A DNA stretch of 64,000 bases, taken from NCBI GenBank assembly GCA_963787255.1, contig CAWBCJ010000029.1, positions 608,001 to 672,000 of the forward strand. Direction: 5' to 3'. The notes below the pieces were generated by a model. It was given only the letters and a program-made list of their open reading frames with translations. It did no database searches and had not been told where the DNA came from. The translations under genes were made by a program, and so were the position numbers. Positions 22,305 to 32,804 of the stretch are shown here, in pieces (position 1 is the first letter of the stretch; the number at the start of each line of letters is the position of its first letter). This DNA is from Methanobacteriota archaeon (GTDB taxonomy: Archaea; Methanobacteriota; Methanobacteria; Methanobacteriales; Methanobacteriaceae).

Positions 22305-22878
22305 TCATTTGTGCACTTTGTTTTTCTTTAAAACCATAAATACGTCTTTTCCATCCTTACAGTCTCCAGGTGCATATTCTTCAATATGTTCTTGTCTATA
22401 ATATTTTTCAGGTTCAAAAACGGACTCAACAAATCCTATTTTCTTATATGATTTTATAGCCCGAATATTTTTTGCGCAGGGTCTGATAATCAGAGTATCA
22501 AAGATTTTCTTCAACAATTCAGAGCTTAAAATCTTTAAAGCAGATGTTCCGTATCCTTTACCTGTGTAATCAAGTGATTTAAGCCATATGTCTAGTTCAG
22601 CAACGCCTTCCATTAAACCAAAACCGGTATAGGATATAAATCCAATTTCTTTTTCTTCATCATTCTCTTTTAGTATAATTATGTAAGCGCGCCCTTTTTC
22701 TGGGCTTGAATCATTAAAAAAGAAATCTTCGTAATCGTCTTTAAATTCCTGAAAAGCTGGAATAGTATCGGGGGAATATCCCGTTAATTCATTGAGGAAT
22801 GGGGAGAAAGTCTGAGAAATATAGCCATTCATATGCATTTTTCCTATCCTCTAGTCCTGCGCCTTTTAAATAGATCAT
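22305..22878 (-). CDS. GNAT family acetyltransferase with a +1 frameshift near 22808
   Basis: ELDIW...GKGYGT...NIRAIKSYKKIGF; upstream ATG at 22878 gives MIYLKGAGLEDRKNAYEWLYFSD, which joins FSPFLNEL if one T is removed. Confidence 0.78.
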
Positions 22879-23056
22879 GTTACACCTATAAATCTGATTA
22901 AAGCAATGGATTTAATTTTGGTTTTGATACTTATTCAAGATTTCGAAAGAACCAAAAAAGATATATATTTTAACCTACTTATTATTCTTAACTTTCAGAA
23001 AATACTGAAAATTATAAAAGTAATGAAAGTTATTAATATGTTCAAGGTGAAAAAAA

Positions 23057-23608
23057 ATGAATCCCATATTAGAAAATATAAAAAACAGAAGAAGCGTACG
23101 AAAATACAAAAATGAGCAAATAAAGGACGAAGAACTGGATAAAATATTAGAAGCAGCCATATATGCACCCACAGGACATAATGACCAGCCATGGCACTTC
23201 ACCATAATCCAAAATGAGGATCTAATCAATAAAATTAGTGAGGGTGCAAAAGCAGTGATGAGAAAGATGGATATAGAATGGATAGCGCAAATGGGCGCAA
23301 TGGAAACGCTAAATATATTTCATAGGGCACCTACAGCCGTAATTGTATCTGGAAAGAAAAATGCAGTTACTCCAATGGTAGACTGTTCGGCTGCAGTTCA
23401 AAACATGCTTCTTGCAGCTGAAAGCATGGATATAGGATCCTGCTGGATAGGATTTGCCAAGTTCTTTTTCATGAACCCCGAAAACATGAAAAAATTCAAA
23501 ATTCCAGAAGATCACGAAGTCCATTTCGGAGTATCCTTAGGTTACAAAGTAAAAGAAAACCCTAAAGCTCTAAAAAGGAACAAAAATGTATTTAATTATT
23601 TCAAATAA
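23057..23608 (+). CDS. Nitroreductase family protein
   Basis: RRSVRKY, APTGHNDQPWHF, QNMLLAA..IGSCWIG. Confidence 0.92.
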   Translation: MNPILENIKNRRSVRKYKNEQIKDEELDKILEAAIYAPTGHNDQPWHFTIIQNEDLINKISEGAKAVMRKMDIEWIAQMGAMETLNIFHRAPTAVIVSGKKNAVTPMVDCSAAVQNMLLAAESMDIGSCWIGFAKFFFMNPENMKKFKIPEDHEVHFGVSLGYKVKENPKALKRNKNVFNYFK

Positions 23609-23633
23609 CCATTTAAACCGGATTTGATAAAAA

Positions 23634-24134
23634 ATGGCATTTAAAAAAGTATCTCCCCAAGAAGAATTCAGAGAAGTAGTATATGAAAGCTGCAAAGCGC
23701 TTGGACTGGAAGATTTCCCTTCCAGGCTACTTTCAGTCCTTCAAAGCGAGGCGAAAGAAATATCCTTAGGCGAACTTGCAGAAATAACAGGATACAGCTT
23801 ATCCGGACTCAGCACGACCCTAAAAGCCCTAGAACAAAGAGGGCTGGTAAAGCGGTTTAAAAAACCAAAGTCAAGAAAGGTCTTTATTTCAATGGATAAG
23901 GATATAACTACCTATTTCATCATGTTACAAAAAAATAGGCTTATAAATAGCATGAAAACTTCTTTAGAAAAAATTCCAGTCATAATAGAAAAATATAAGA
24001 AAATGGAAGACGTTGGGGAAGAACTAGAAATATTAGAAGACTATTACGAGCAGGTGCTGTTAATTGCAGAAGAAAGCAGGAAATACATTGAAGCTCTAGA
24101 AAAAAGGAGAGAAGAATTTAGAAAATTGAAATAA
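23634..24134 (+). CDS. GbsR/MarR-family transcriptional regulator
   Basis: Winged HTH SLGELAEITGYSLSGLSTTLKALE..GLV.R...P.SRK. Confidence 0.8.
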   Translation: MAFKKVSPQEEFREVVYESCKALGLEDFPSRLLSVLQSEAKEISLGELAEITGYSLSGLSTTLKALEQRGLVKRFKKPKSRKVFISMDKDITTYFIMLQKNRLINSMKTSLEKIPVIIEKYKKMEDVGEELEILEDYYEQVLLIAEESRKYIEALEKRREEFRKLK

Positions 24135-24155
24135 AAATAAATTAGAGGTTTAAAT

Positions 24156-25091
24156 ATGGAAACAAAAATTAAGAACATCAATACTCAATCAGACATAAAA
24201 AATAGCGCTAATTGTTCTCCAATTAGTTCTATAGTCTCAAATGTTAAAATTAGAATTACTGGAGGATTAAATGAAAAAGATCTAAATGAACTTTACAAAT
24301 GCAATTTATGCAACAACTGCCACATGGCAGGCTTTAATCATGGTGCAAGGGAAAGAGCAGTGAATAAAAGTATTGTAATGCCCCATCTAAATGTTATCCG
24401 ACAAAATATCAGCGAGTTTGGTAATCCTTACGGTATAGACCACATACGTGAAGGTGATGGAAAAGAAAATATTGAAACTGTGCTTTTTAGAGGATGCACA
24501 CCGTCATACAAAACTTCAGAGACACTTGAATCTGTAAAAAGCCTACTTAATCGCGAAAGCATAAATTATGGCTTGATAGATAATGAAACATGCTGCGGTA
24601 ACATTTTATTTAATCTGGGAGACAATGAATCAGGATTGGAGGTAGTAAAGAAAAATGTGGAAAAATTCAAAGCATCAGGAGTTAAAAGAATTATAACAAT
24701 ATGTCCTGGTTGTTATAATGCATTTAATAAATATTATAAAGGATACAACGGATTCAATCCTGAAATCATACTTGCTGTTGATCTATTAGATGAATTATCA
24801 ATTTCTGGAGAATTTATTGTTCAAGATCCATGTCATGCTAAAGAAAAAAGCAGTACCGTACGCAGAATACTTGGGGATGCAAAAAATGGAAACTTAAGTC
24901 AATGCTGCGGGGCTGGAGGTGGTGTAATCGCACATGATGAGCAGACAGCTATTTCAAGAGCAACAAAAGCCGTTGAAAACAGTTCTAATAAAATAGTCAC
25001 CTACTGTCCATTTTGCTATCTTAACCTATCATCTGTAAATTCTGATAAAGTAATAGATATCTACATGTTGTTAAATGAATCTGGTTATTAA
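24156..25091 (+). CDS. CCG-domain Fe-S protein (HdrD/GlpC-like)
   Basis: CNLCNNC, FRGC, TCCG, CPGC, DPCH, QCCGAGGG, CPFC. Confidence 0.85.
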   Translation: METKIKNINTQSDIKNSANCSPISSIVSNVKIRITGGLNEKDLNELYKCNLCNNCHMAGFNHGARERAVNKSIVMPHLNVIRQNISEFGNPYGIDHIREGDGKENIETVLFRGCTPSYKTSETLESVKSLLNRESINYGLIDNETCCGNILFNLGDNESGLEVVKKNVEKFKASGVKRIITICPGCYNAFNKYYKGYNGFNPEIILAVDLLDELSISGEFIVQDPCHAKEKSSTVRRILGDAKNGNLSQCCGAGGGVIAHDEQTAISRATKAVENSSNKIVTYCPFCYLNLSSVNSDKVIDIYMLLNESGY

Positions 25092-25291
25092 ACTGGTGTT
25101 ATAATGGAACGGAATTTAAAATTATGTTTGAAGAATTGAAAAATCAAAAGATGGTATACATTATCCATCTTTTCAAAAAATAGAAGTAATTAAATTTAAG
25201 GATTTTTTTTAAAATTTGTATATAATTTTTACTTGTTTTTTATTTTTTGGTGTTGAACTTACATTTTAGGAAAAACTTTAAATATTAAACT

Positions 25292-25303
25292 GACTAATCA
25301 GTC
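25292..25303. promoter_or_regulatory. Probable TetR operator (GACT-N4-AGTC)
   Basis: Inverted repeat about 45 nt upstream of the TetR start; TetR regulators commonly autoregulate through such dyads. Confidence 0.4.
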
Positions 25304-25346
25304 TACTAAATAAAATATTATGCATAAAAATTAGGATGTCAAAAAA

Positions 25347-25908
25347 ATGAAGGAAAAAGAACGAAAAATACTGGATACATCCCTTAAACTTTTTGTTGAA
25401 AGAGGATTTCACGGAACTATCCACTGCAGAAATTGCAAAAACTGCAGGAGTCGCTACTGGCACGCTTTTCCACTATTTTAAGACCAAAGAAGAACTCATT
25501 GACAACCTATACATCTACACTAAAGAAAGCATACTAGAAGAAGTAGACAACGATTACAACAGTGAAAAAACATTTAAAGAGAATGTTAAATCATTATGGC
25601 TGAAATTTGTGTGTTTTGGTATAAAAAATCCCTATAAATTCAGTTTTATACTTACATTCCACTGTTCCCCATATATTACAGCATTTACAAAAGAAAGGAT
25701 AGAAAACAGATTTGCAGAACTCCTTGAAGTATATAAAAAAGGCTTTAGAGAGCATGAAATCAAGGAAATGTATGATGAACTCCTCATTGACTATTTCTGG
25801 GGAAATATATTCAATACAGTAATGCATTTTGAGAAATATCCTGATAAAAAGATTGAAGAGAATATAGAACTTTCATTTAAACTCTTCTGGAACGGAATTT
25901 CAAAATAA
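25347..25908 (+). CDS. TetR/AcrR family regulator with a +1 frameshift near 25419
   Basis: [24 protein letters not shown] joins [26 protein letters not shown] if one A is removed. Confidence 0.85.
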
Positions 25909-25967
25909 ATATTTTTTTGACAAATTTTTAATTTGATTATTTAATCTTAAAAAAATGAGGTATTAAG

Positions 25968-27208
25968 ATGCAATATAGAAAGATTGAAAAGAACGGTGAT
26001 GAAATTTCGGCACTTGGATTCGGTGCAATGAGGCTTCCCACAAAAACCGGTAGGATTGATAAAGAACACGCAAGAGAACAAATATATTACGCAATAGACC
26101 ACGGCGTGAACTTTATTGACACTGCATTTCCTTATCATGGCGGTTCAAGTGAATCATTTTTAGGAGAAATCCTTAAAGACGGATACCGGGAAAAAGTAAA
26201 GCTCTGCACCAAAATGCCTTCATGGTCCATTAAAAAATACGAAGACATGGAGAAATATCTGGAAATACAACTTGAAAAGCTCCAGACGGACCATATTGAC
26301 TATTATCTGATCCATGCTCTAGGTAAAGGTAGCTTTGAAAAGCTTAAAGAAATTGGAGTTTTAAAGTTTTTAGAAGAAGCTAAGACAAATGGAAAAATAA
26401 AAAATATTGGATTCTCTTTTCATGACAACAGCGAAGCATTTAAAGAAATAGTGGACGCTTACAACTGGGATGCATGTTTAATCCAGTATAATTATTTAGA
26501 TGAAAAGAATCAGGCAGGTACTGAAGGAGTTAAATATGCAGCTTCAAAAGGAATGGGAGTATTTATTATGGAACCTTTAAAAGGCGGTATTCTCGCTGGA
26601 GAAGTGCCTGAGGAAGCACAAAAAATATGGGATAAAGCAAGTGTTAAAAGAAGTGCTGCAGACTGGGCTTTAAGATGGGTATTAAACCATCCTGAAGTTA
26701 CATGTGTAGTTTCTGGAATGGGCGAATTAGACCAAATTAAAGAAAATATTGGCGTAGCAGAAGAAACTTTGCCCAGTTCATTAACTGCAGATGAGTTAAA
26801 ACTCTATGATGAGGTCAAAGAAGTTTATAATGGTCTTATGAAAATTGACTGTACTGCATGTGGTTACTGTATGCCCTGCCCTAGTGGAGTGGATATACCT
26901 GAATGCTTCAATGTATATAATCATAAATACATGTTTAAAAAAAGAGGAGCATCTTTTATATATATACAACGTTTTGGGGGCTTATTCAGTGGAAATGAAT
27001 CACATGCAGGGCTTTGTACGAATGTGGAGAATGTGTGAAGGCATGCCCGCAAAAACTAGAAATTCCTGAGCTTTTAGGGGATGTTTCCAAAGAATTAGGG
27101 GGAAGAGGATTTAAATACAAAGTAAAAATTGCTGAAACTGTCCTGGTACCTCTTATGAACACACTTTTATCTTTAAATGATAAACTTTCAAGAAGATCTA
27201 GTTCATAA
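25968..27208 (+). CDS. Aldo/keto reductase with C-terminal 4Fe-4S dicluster; -1 frameshift near 27020
   Basis: [29 protein letters not shown]; [11 protein letters not shown] and C(T)[11 protein letters not shown] across the shift. Confidence 0.88.
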
Positions 27209-27315
27209 CAAAAAAAATAGTTTATATTAAAAAAACCCTGAAAAGGTCTAATTGTTTTCAAAAAGATTTTGGTGGGGGATATAAATAAATAAACTAATGC
27301 CCAATATTAATATAG

Positions 27316-27603
27316 GTGATATTGTTGGTAAAAGTAGTAAAAAGAAAGGGCAAAATTGAATCATATACTCCTAATAAGATTAGAGGCGCTCTCGAGAAAG
27401 CGACCATCGATGCTGGTTACACTGTGGAAGAAAAGAAGGATTTAATAGATGAAATATATACTAAAATCAATAAAAAGTTTGAAAAAGAAGGGAAAATTAA
27501 GAGCGAAAATATCAGGATGTGTCTTCTAACTGAACTGGATGAATGCGAACCATACATAGCTAAATCGTGGAGAACATTTGACAAAAGATATAAATCACAA
27601 TAA
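27316..27603 (+). CDS. Stand-alone ATP-cone domain protein, third paralog
   Basis: VVKRKGKIESY...KI..AL..A..DAG...IAKSWR; start may be the TTG at 27325. Confidence 0.82.
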   Translation: MILLVKVVKRKGKIESYTPNKIRGALEKATIDAGYTVEEKKDLIDEIYTKINKKFEKEGKIKSENIRMCLLTELDECEPYIAKSWRTFDKRYKSQ

Positions 27604-27855
27604 ATCGCATCTAAAAAATTTATTTAATTTATCCATCTTCTTTTATTAATTCTATAAACTTATCCATATCTTTAACATTGAAAATAAAGTTATGAGCCGC
27701 ATTTTTGGGCCATGGACATTAAACAGCACACAGCAGATTCCCTTTGAAAATGGTCAAAAATACTTTCAAACCACTCTGCATCTTATTTCCTTTTTAAATG
27801 TAATTTCCATAATATTCGAATGCTTCTTTATAGTACAATTTTTATTCTTTAATAC

Positions 27856-28390
27856 TTATTTTAATTCAGGATTATTTATGATGTTGATTAAGGCGAGTAT
27901 GGCTACAAATACCATGGTAAAGATGGTTATCAGGGCCATATCTATTGTAATATCATTAAACTGGTAAAATATGGATAATATAGTGCCTAGAGCCATTATG
28001 CCATAAAGTACTGGTGCTTCACTCCAGAAAGGTTTATTAGAAAGATAATATGATTTTTTCAGTGTAATATAGTCACGTTTGGAAAGATATAACGCAATTA
28101 TCTGGAAGAAGATGTATACAACTAAGAACCATCCGAAGTAATTGGAGATAGGAACGCCGAAATATGCTCGGGATTTGTCCATACCCAGAGGCCTTGTAAA
28201 GTTGCAGAAATGGAATCAATGGTTAAGTCCCACATTACCATTATAAATGTCGCTATAAATGGTACTAAAATATTTGTTTTTCTTCAAGTTTTTTACTATA
28301 CTGTCCAGTTAATATGTTTGCTAAAATCCATGATAGATATCCCATTGCAAAATATTCAAAGATTATGATTAGGGGAACAGGTAAAATCCC
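27856..28390 (-). pseudogene. Fragmented CruF/DUF422 (carotenoid biosynthesis family) membrane protein
   Basis: VPLIIIFEYFAMGY...MVMWDLTID...LWVW...YFGVPISNYFGWF spread over several frames; normal N-terminus not evident. Confidence 0.55.
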
Positions 28391-28565
28391 TAAAGTAGAC
28401 CAATAATCCTATAATTCCTATAAGTAACTGCCAGAGCCACGTAGGCTGAAAATACCAGTATAGGGCCGGATTTAAATAGGAAATCAGCCAGTTAAATGCT
28501 CCTACTATTGCTGCTAGAATCAGGCCGGGAACCCAAAATTTGCCAAAATTATTTCTTATTTCCAC
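28356..28565 (-). CDS. Small hydrophobic ORF or N-terminal fragment
   Basis: GGAGG RBS and two hydrophobic segments; runs into the CruF-like remnant. Confidence 0.4.
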   Translation of the reverse strand: MEIRNNFGKFWVPGLILAAIVGAFNWLISYLNPALYWYFQPTWLWQLLIGIIGLLVYFRDFTCSPNHNL

Positions 28566-28948
28566 AAAAATCCCTCCATTTTCAAATAATAGTTTTATTA
28601 TTTAATTAACTTAAATCTGCAGATCTTTTTGTTTTAATTTCTCTTTCCGATAAGTTTTAAATGATGCATAAGTGATTCCCAGTGCCAAAGGAGCCTATAA
28701 ATGTGGTCATGAAACTAAAATTGCCAACACGGTGATTAAAGATTAGACTCGTTATTAAATTATCAATAAAAGAATTAAAAAGCTAAAAAACTGGCACAAA
28801 TTACATTTTTATTTGCTTATTTTTACTAGAAATACGTATATTGTTTATATATTGATTTTGATAGTAAGTATTAGTTTATAACTGACACGAAATTAAATTT
28901 AGTTAGAATGTGTATTTAATCTAATTCAACATTAATAAGGAGGATAAA

Positions 28949-29245
28949 ATGGCAGATTACGGTGTTACAGGTGTTAAATATAATGGTATAGGGAAATACA
29001 TTGAATGGGTTAAAGTAGGTAAATTCACAGGCAGTTCATTTGGGATGCGCGAGAATTGGCTGCGAACTAAGGTTATCTCAGAGTTAGAAAACGGTAAAAC
29101 ATTCATAACAGTTCTTAAACACGGCGATAGATTAAAAAAAGGCGCAGAAATCCATGTAATTAATGTGAATGGAAAAAAATATATACGTACTGATAATGAC
29201 AACGATGCTTCTGATAATCTGGAAGGTCTGCCTGAATTTGTATAA
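28949..29245 (+). CDS. DUF3892-like protein
   Basis: C-terminal KYIRTDND....DNL..LPEF signature; AGGAGG RBS. Confidence 0.78.
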   Translation: MADYGVTGVKYNGIGKYIEWVKVGKFTGSSFGMRENWLRTKVISELENGKTFITVLKHGDRLKKGAEIHVINVNGKKYIRTDNDNDASDNLEGLPEFV

Positions 29246-29260
29246 TGATAATACTTAGTA

Positions 29261-29860
29261 TCATTTTAATTTTGGAATTAACATTGGAGTCTTTTTTGCA
29301 TAGTTCTCGTAATCTTCTCCAAATTTAGCAATTAATTCACTTTCTTCTTTTCTTATTCTAATTCTTAAGGCAATTAAAACTAGAATAAAAAATAGAAGAC
29401 CGTAAAAGTTCCAGGGAATAACTGCAATTCCCAGAAATATAATCAAAATAGACAGATAAAATGGATGCCTCACTCTCGAGTAAATACCTTCAGTAACAAG
29501 CTCTTGATTTTCTGTTGTTTTTGAAAGAGGAACCCAATTTTTCCCTAAATTTGCCCTTACAATGAAGTTAAATCCCATTCCAATAAACATCAGTATAAAA
29601 CCAATTAATACTGGAAGCAGCTCATAAATTCCGTTATAGAGGACGATTATCACGTTGAAAAAAAGACCTGTTTGAGGAATTACAAGAAGAAAGAGGGTAT
29701 AGTCTCTAGTTCTTATTGCAGTTGGCCAACCTACTATCTTAGCGCCGTATTTGCGTGAAATATACAATCCAATGTAACTATAGGCTAAAAAAATTATAAG
29801 AAAGGAATAAAGTAAAATTTCGTTTTCTGTCACTAAAATACATCCACTATTTCTTTTCAA
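29261..29860 (-). CDS. Isoprenylcysteine carboxyl methyltransferase family membrane protein
   Basis: [30 protein letters not shown]. Confidence 0.88.
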   Translation of the reverse strand: MKRNSGCILVTENEILLYSFLIIFLAYSYIGLYISRKYGAKIVGWPTAIRTRDYTLFLLVIPQTGLFFNVIIVLYNGIYELLPVLIGFILMFIGMGFNFIVRANLGKNWVPLSKTTENQELVTEGIYSRVRHPFYLSILIIFLGIAVIPWNFYGLLFFILVLIALRIRIRKEESELIAKFGEDYENYAKKTPMLIPKLK

Positions 29861-29896
29861 TCAATACTATCTGTTAGCTCTATAAAAGTCTAAACT

Positions 29897-30250
29897 TCAT
29901 TTTGGAGCTGTTTTTACGCCATGATATTTTATATAGCCGTAGAACCATCTTATGGACCATAAAAGATGGAATGCAGACCACCACCAAATTCCAATATAAA
30001 TATAAGAAATTACTCCCATAAAGACGTTTAATAAAGCTATCAGCAGAAATGTAATGGGATTTCTAATAAAAAATGAGAAAGTGCCGATAAAACTTTGAAT
30101 TCCTGATGAATAAATCAGTGTGGGAGAAATACCTGTAAAAAACCAAAATAAAAAGATTAAAAAGCCAAGAATTATTCTAAATACTGCCTTAGGCCGGGAT
30201 ATTTCTTTATCCATCTTTGAATATAGTTCTTTGTTATTTTTATCAGTCAT
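29897..30250 (-). CDS. Hypothetical membrane protein
   Basis: About three TM segments; ATG at 30250 has a GAGG RBS (track ORF extends to 30310). Confidence 0.6.
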   Translation of the reverse strand: MTDKNNKELYSKMDKEISRPKAVFRIILGFLIFLFWFFTGISPTLIYSSGIQSFIGTFSFFIRNPITFLLIALLNVFMGVISYIYIGIWWWSAFHLLWSIRWFYGYIKYHGVKTAPK

Positions 30251-30306
30251 AAAACCCTCTATAGAAATATTTATCAAATTTAACTTTTCATTTTTTTTGA
30301 AATATC

Positions 30307-30975
30307 TCACCAGTATCCGTCGGTGAACCTGATTCTAACCCAGTCTTCTCCTCTGCTTGTAAGGTAACCTCCCAGGGCAATAAGATAGAAGAGCACGGGA
30401 TAGACAATGAATCTTTCAGTGCCGCCAATACCTAAAAAGGCTATGAGCGGATTAGTGGTTCCAGAACCTAAAATGAATAAGGATAAAATAAGTAAAAGGG
30501 ACATTAAACCTGTTACCATGGACACTATGACCATGGGGATATTAAGGCCCAGCCGATAGCTGAATATGGCTGCCAGACTTCCAAAGAGGAATGTTAACAG
30601 AGCAAAGAATATATGGGCGCTTCCAGTGTATTCTGGGAATAATCCAACTCCTACAGCACCTATTGAAGAAATAGCAAGACAGGATGAGAAAAGACGACAG
30701 CCGCCGCTTTTGAGGATTAAATAAACAGTTACAAGGCCTAAAATTCCAAGAATAATAACGCTGATGTTGAAAATGATGGCTGATGGTTCTACAGGAGGTA
30801 CTGTTCCTCCAAGATCGCTTAAAGTGTTTTTTGCAACGCTATAACCTGGAAACTGTGTTTCGGCCAAATTAACTGCCAGAAGAAATTGTAAGCATCCTAT
30901 TAGTAGAATAATTCCTGCAATTTTATAGTATTCCTTTTCAGGTTTGAATATACTTCCTCTTTGAAATTTCATCAC
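30307..30975 (-). CDS. DUF998 family membrane protein
   Basis: PGYS...NTLSDLG, GVGLFPE, H, GGTERFIVYP. Confidence 0.8.
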   Translation of the reverse strand: MMKFQRGSIFKPEKEYYKIAGIILLIGCLQFLLAVNLAETQFPGYSVAKNTLSDLGGTVPPVEPSAIIFNISVIILGILGLVTVYLILKSGGCRLFSSCLAISSIGAVGVGLFPEYTGSAHIFFALLTFLFGSLAAIFSYRLGLNIPMVIVSMVTGLMSLLLILSLFILGSGTTNPLIAFLGIGGTERFIVYPVLFYLIALGGYLTSRGEDWVRIRFTDGYW

Positions 30976-31035
30976 TTCACCCTCCCTATAATGAATATCT
31001 TCTGATTATATATTCGTGTATGGGGTTCACTATTA

Positions 31036-31755
31036 TTACATTTTATGCTTAGCGTATTGCTTTTCAAGCAATTCACGGCTAATTCCTTTCCCATGGCCCG
31101 GTAAAAATAACTTACAATCAGTTTCAAGAAGTTTTTTCCAGCTTTCAATCATGGTTTCAGTGTCATCTGCAAAAGGTGGAAATATTGAATTTCCAAACAC
31201 ACCAAACATGGTATCACCTACAATAGCTATTTCATCATCAATAATAATACTCATAGAACCTTTAGAATGCCCGGAAGTGTGAATTATATGCGTATTGAAT
31301 CTAAATACGTATAAATCAAGTTTTTCACCCACAAGAGTGTCAGGGCTGGTAGATTCATATTTATATCTTGATTGCATCTTTTTTCCAAGTACATCTACTA
31401 TGAATCCGGTGACTAAATTGGCACCTTTTGGTAGGGGTGCATTGCCGCGTTTTAAATAGTCTGCTTCGCTTTCATGAACAATTATTTTGCAATTATATTT
31501 CTTTTTTAAGCGATTAGCGTTTTCAACATGGTCAAAATGAGTATGGGTTAATATTAAGCAGGATAATTCATTTTCACCTAAAAGCTCTTCAAGTTTGGCG
31601 GTTAGTTCTTTCCATGAGTTTCTACGACCAGTATCAATAAGAATGTAGTTATTTTCTTGATTAACTAAAAAGGAATTACTTCTGCCTTCTAAAACTTGGT
31701 AAATTGTGCAGTTGCTTGTAGTCCACTTTTGCATGTTTTGATTATTTGATCTCAT
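31036..31755 (-). CDS. MBL-fold metallo-hydrolase
   Basis: LIDTG, THTHFDH, GHS.GS, GD, PGHG. Confidence 0.92.
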   Translation of the reverse strand: MRSNNQNMQKWTTSNCTIYQVLEGRSNSFLVNQENNYILIDTGRRNSWKELTAKLEELLGENELSCLILTHTHFDHVENANRLKKKYNCKIIVHESEADYLKRGNAPLPKGANLVTGFIVDVLGKKMQSRYKYESTSPDTLVGEKLDLYVFRFNTHIIHTSGHSKGSMSIIIDDEIAIVGDTMFGVFGNSIFPPFADDTETMIESWKKLLETDCKLFLPGHGKGISRELLEKQYAKHKM

Positions 31756-31796
31756 CTAAAAAAAGTTTTTATGGTTTATTTAGAAAAAAAGTTATT

Positions 31797-32000
31797 ATGA
31801 ATATTTATTATTTAATAGTTGGAATAGGTTTTGTAATGGTATCAATAGCACATTTTTTATCGATAAAAAAAGGACGTGGAATTTATTTCTGGGATAAATA
31901 TTCAAGTTATGAATCAACAAAGCGAGATTTTAAAGTTTTAATTTTATTTGAGCTTTTAACTGGCATTGTGCTTATTTTTTTGGCTATTATTCCTATTTAA
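31797..32000 (+). CDS. Small two-TM hypothetical protein
   Basis: MNIYYLIVGIG... with two hydrophobic helices. Confidence 0.45.
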   Translation: MNIYYLIVGIGFVMVSIAHFLSIKKGRGIYFWDKYSSYESTKRDFKVLILFELLTGIVLIFLAIIPI

Positions 32001-32019
32001 CATAAATGGAGGAAAGAAT

Positions 32020-32487
32020 ATGGATTGGTTTTTAATATTGCTAGCGGTTACCGTGGCGGTCCGTGGTCTAGGGGCGGGTATTATTTATGACGTGGCGCTG
32101 GTAAGTCTACCTGTACGGCGGCAAATTGGCGTGATTCCTTATGCCCATTATGTCCGAGCTACTTATCATGGTAATGGCGTCAAGACATACACAACAGTCT
32201 CGATTCTAGGGGCATTGCTTACAATTGCTATCACAATTGGCGCGTTTGTTGGGGGAGAATCAGCAATAGTAATTTGGTCGATAGTAATTTCCCTTATAGC
32301 AACATTTATAGCATTTATTGGCACTTCTAAAGCCCTTCCAGCCATGTTAAGTCTGCAGGAAGCTCCAGATGACGAAGCAAGTCTTTCAAAAATTTTGGAT
32401 CGCTTTGCACGCTGGCACACTTTTAGTACATTATGGCAAGTGGTTGCATTCATTGCTCTTGTCGTTGCATTAGCGTACCAATCATGA
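32020..32487 (+). CDS. Four-TM membrane protein, DUF1772 (anthrone oxygenase-like)
   Basis: GGAGG RBS; GLGAG....VSLP.R and RFARWH patterns. Confidence 0.6.
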   Translation: MDWFLILLAVTVAVRGLGAGIIYDVALVSLPVRRQIGVIPYAHYVRATYHGNGVKTYTTVSILGALLTIAITIGAFVGGESAIVIWSIVISLIATFIAFIGTSKALPAMLSLQEAPDDEASLSKILDRFARWHTFSTLWQVVAFIALVVALAYQS

Positions 32488-32804
32488 ATGACAATTAGAT
32501 TGGCGGTATCTTCATTACACTGCCCCTTTCTTTTTTCGTTTTATTAATACTTCTTTCAACCACATTTTTCCTCTTGTTTTTCGGCTTTATTTTTGGGATA
32601 TTATCTATTTTAACAGGTTTTAGTTAATACTTTACAAAAAAATAGAATATATGAGTTTTACTGTAATATAGAAGACTATTTTTAGCCACAAGGTCGCTTA
32701 TTAAAAAAAAATAAAATAAAAGAAAGATAACATTATAATTAAGGATTAGCATGTTTTGTAAAAAATGACATAACTTTAAAAAACATCACGGAGAAAGGCA
32801 AAAA

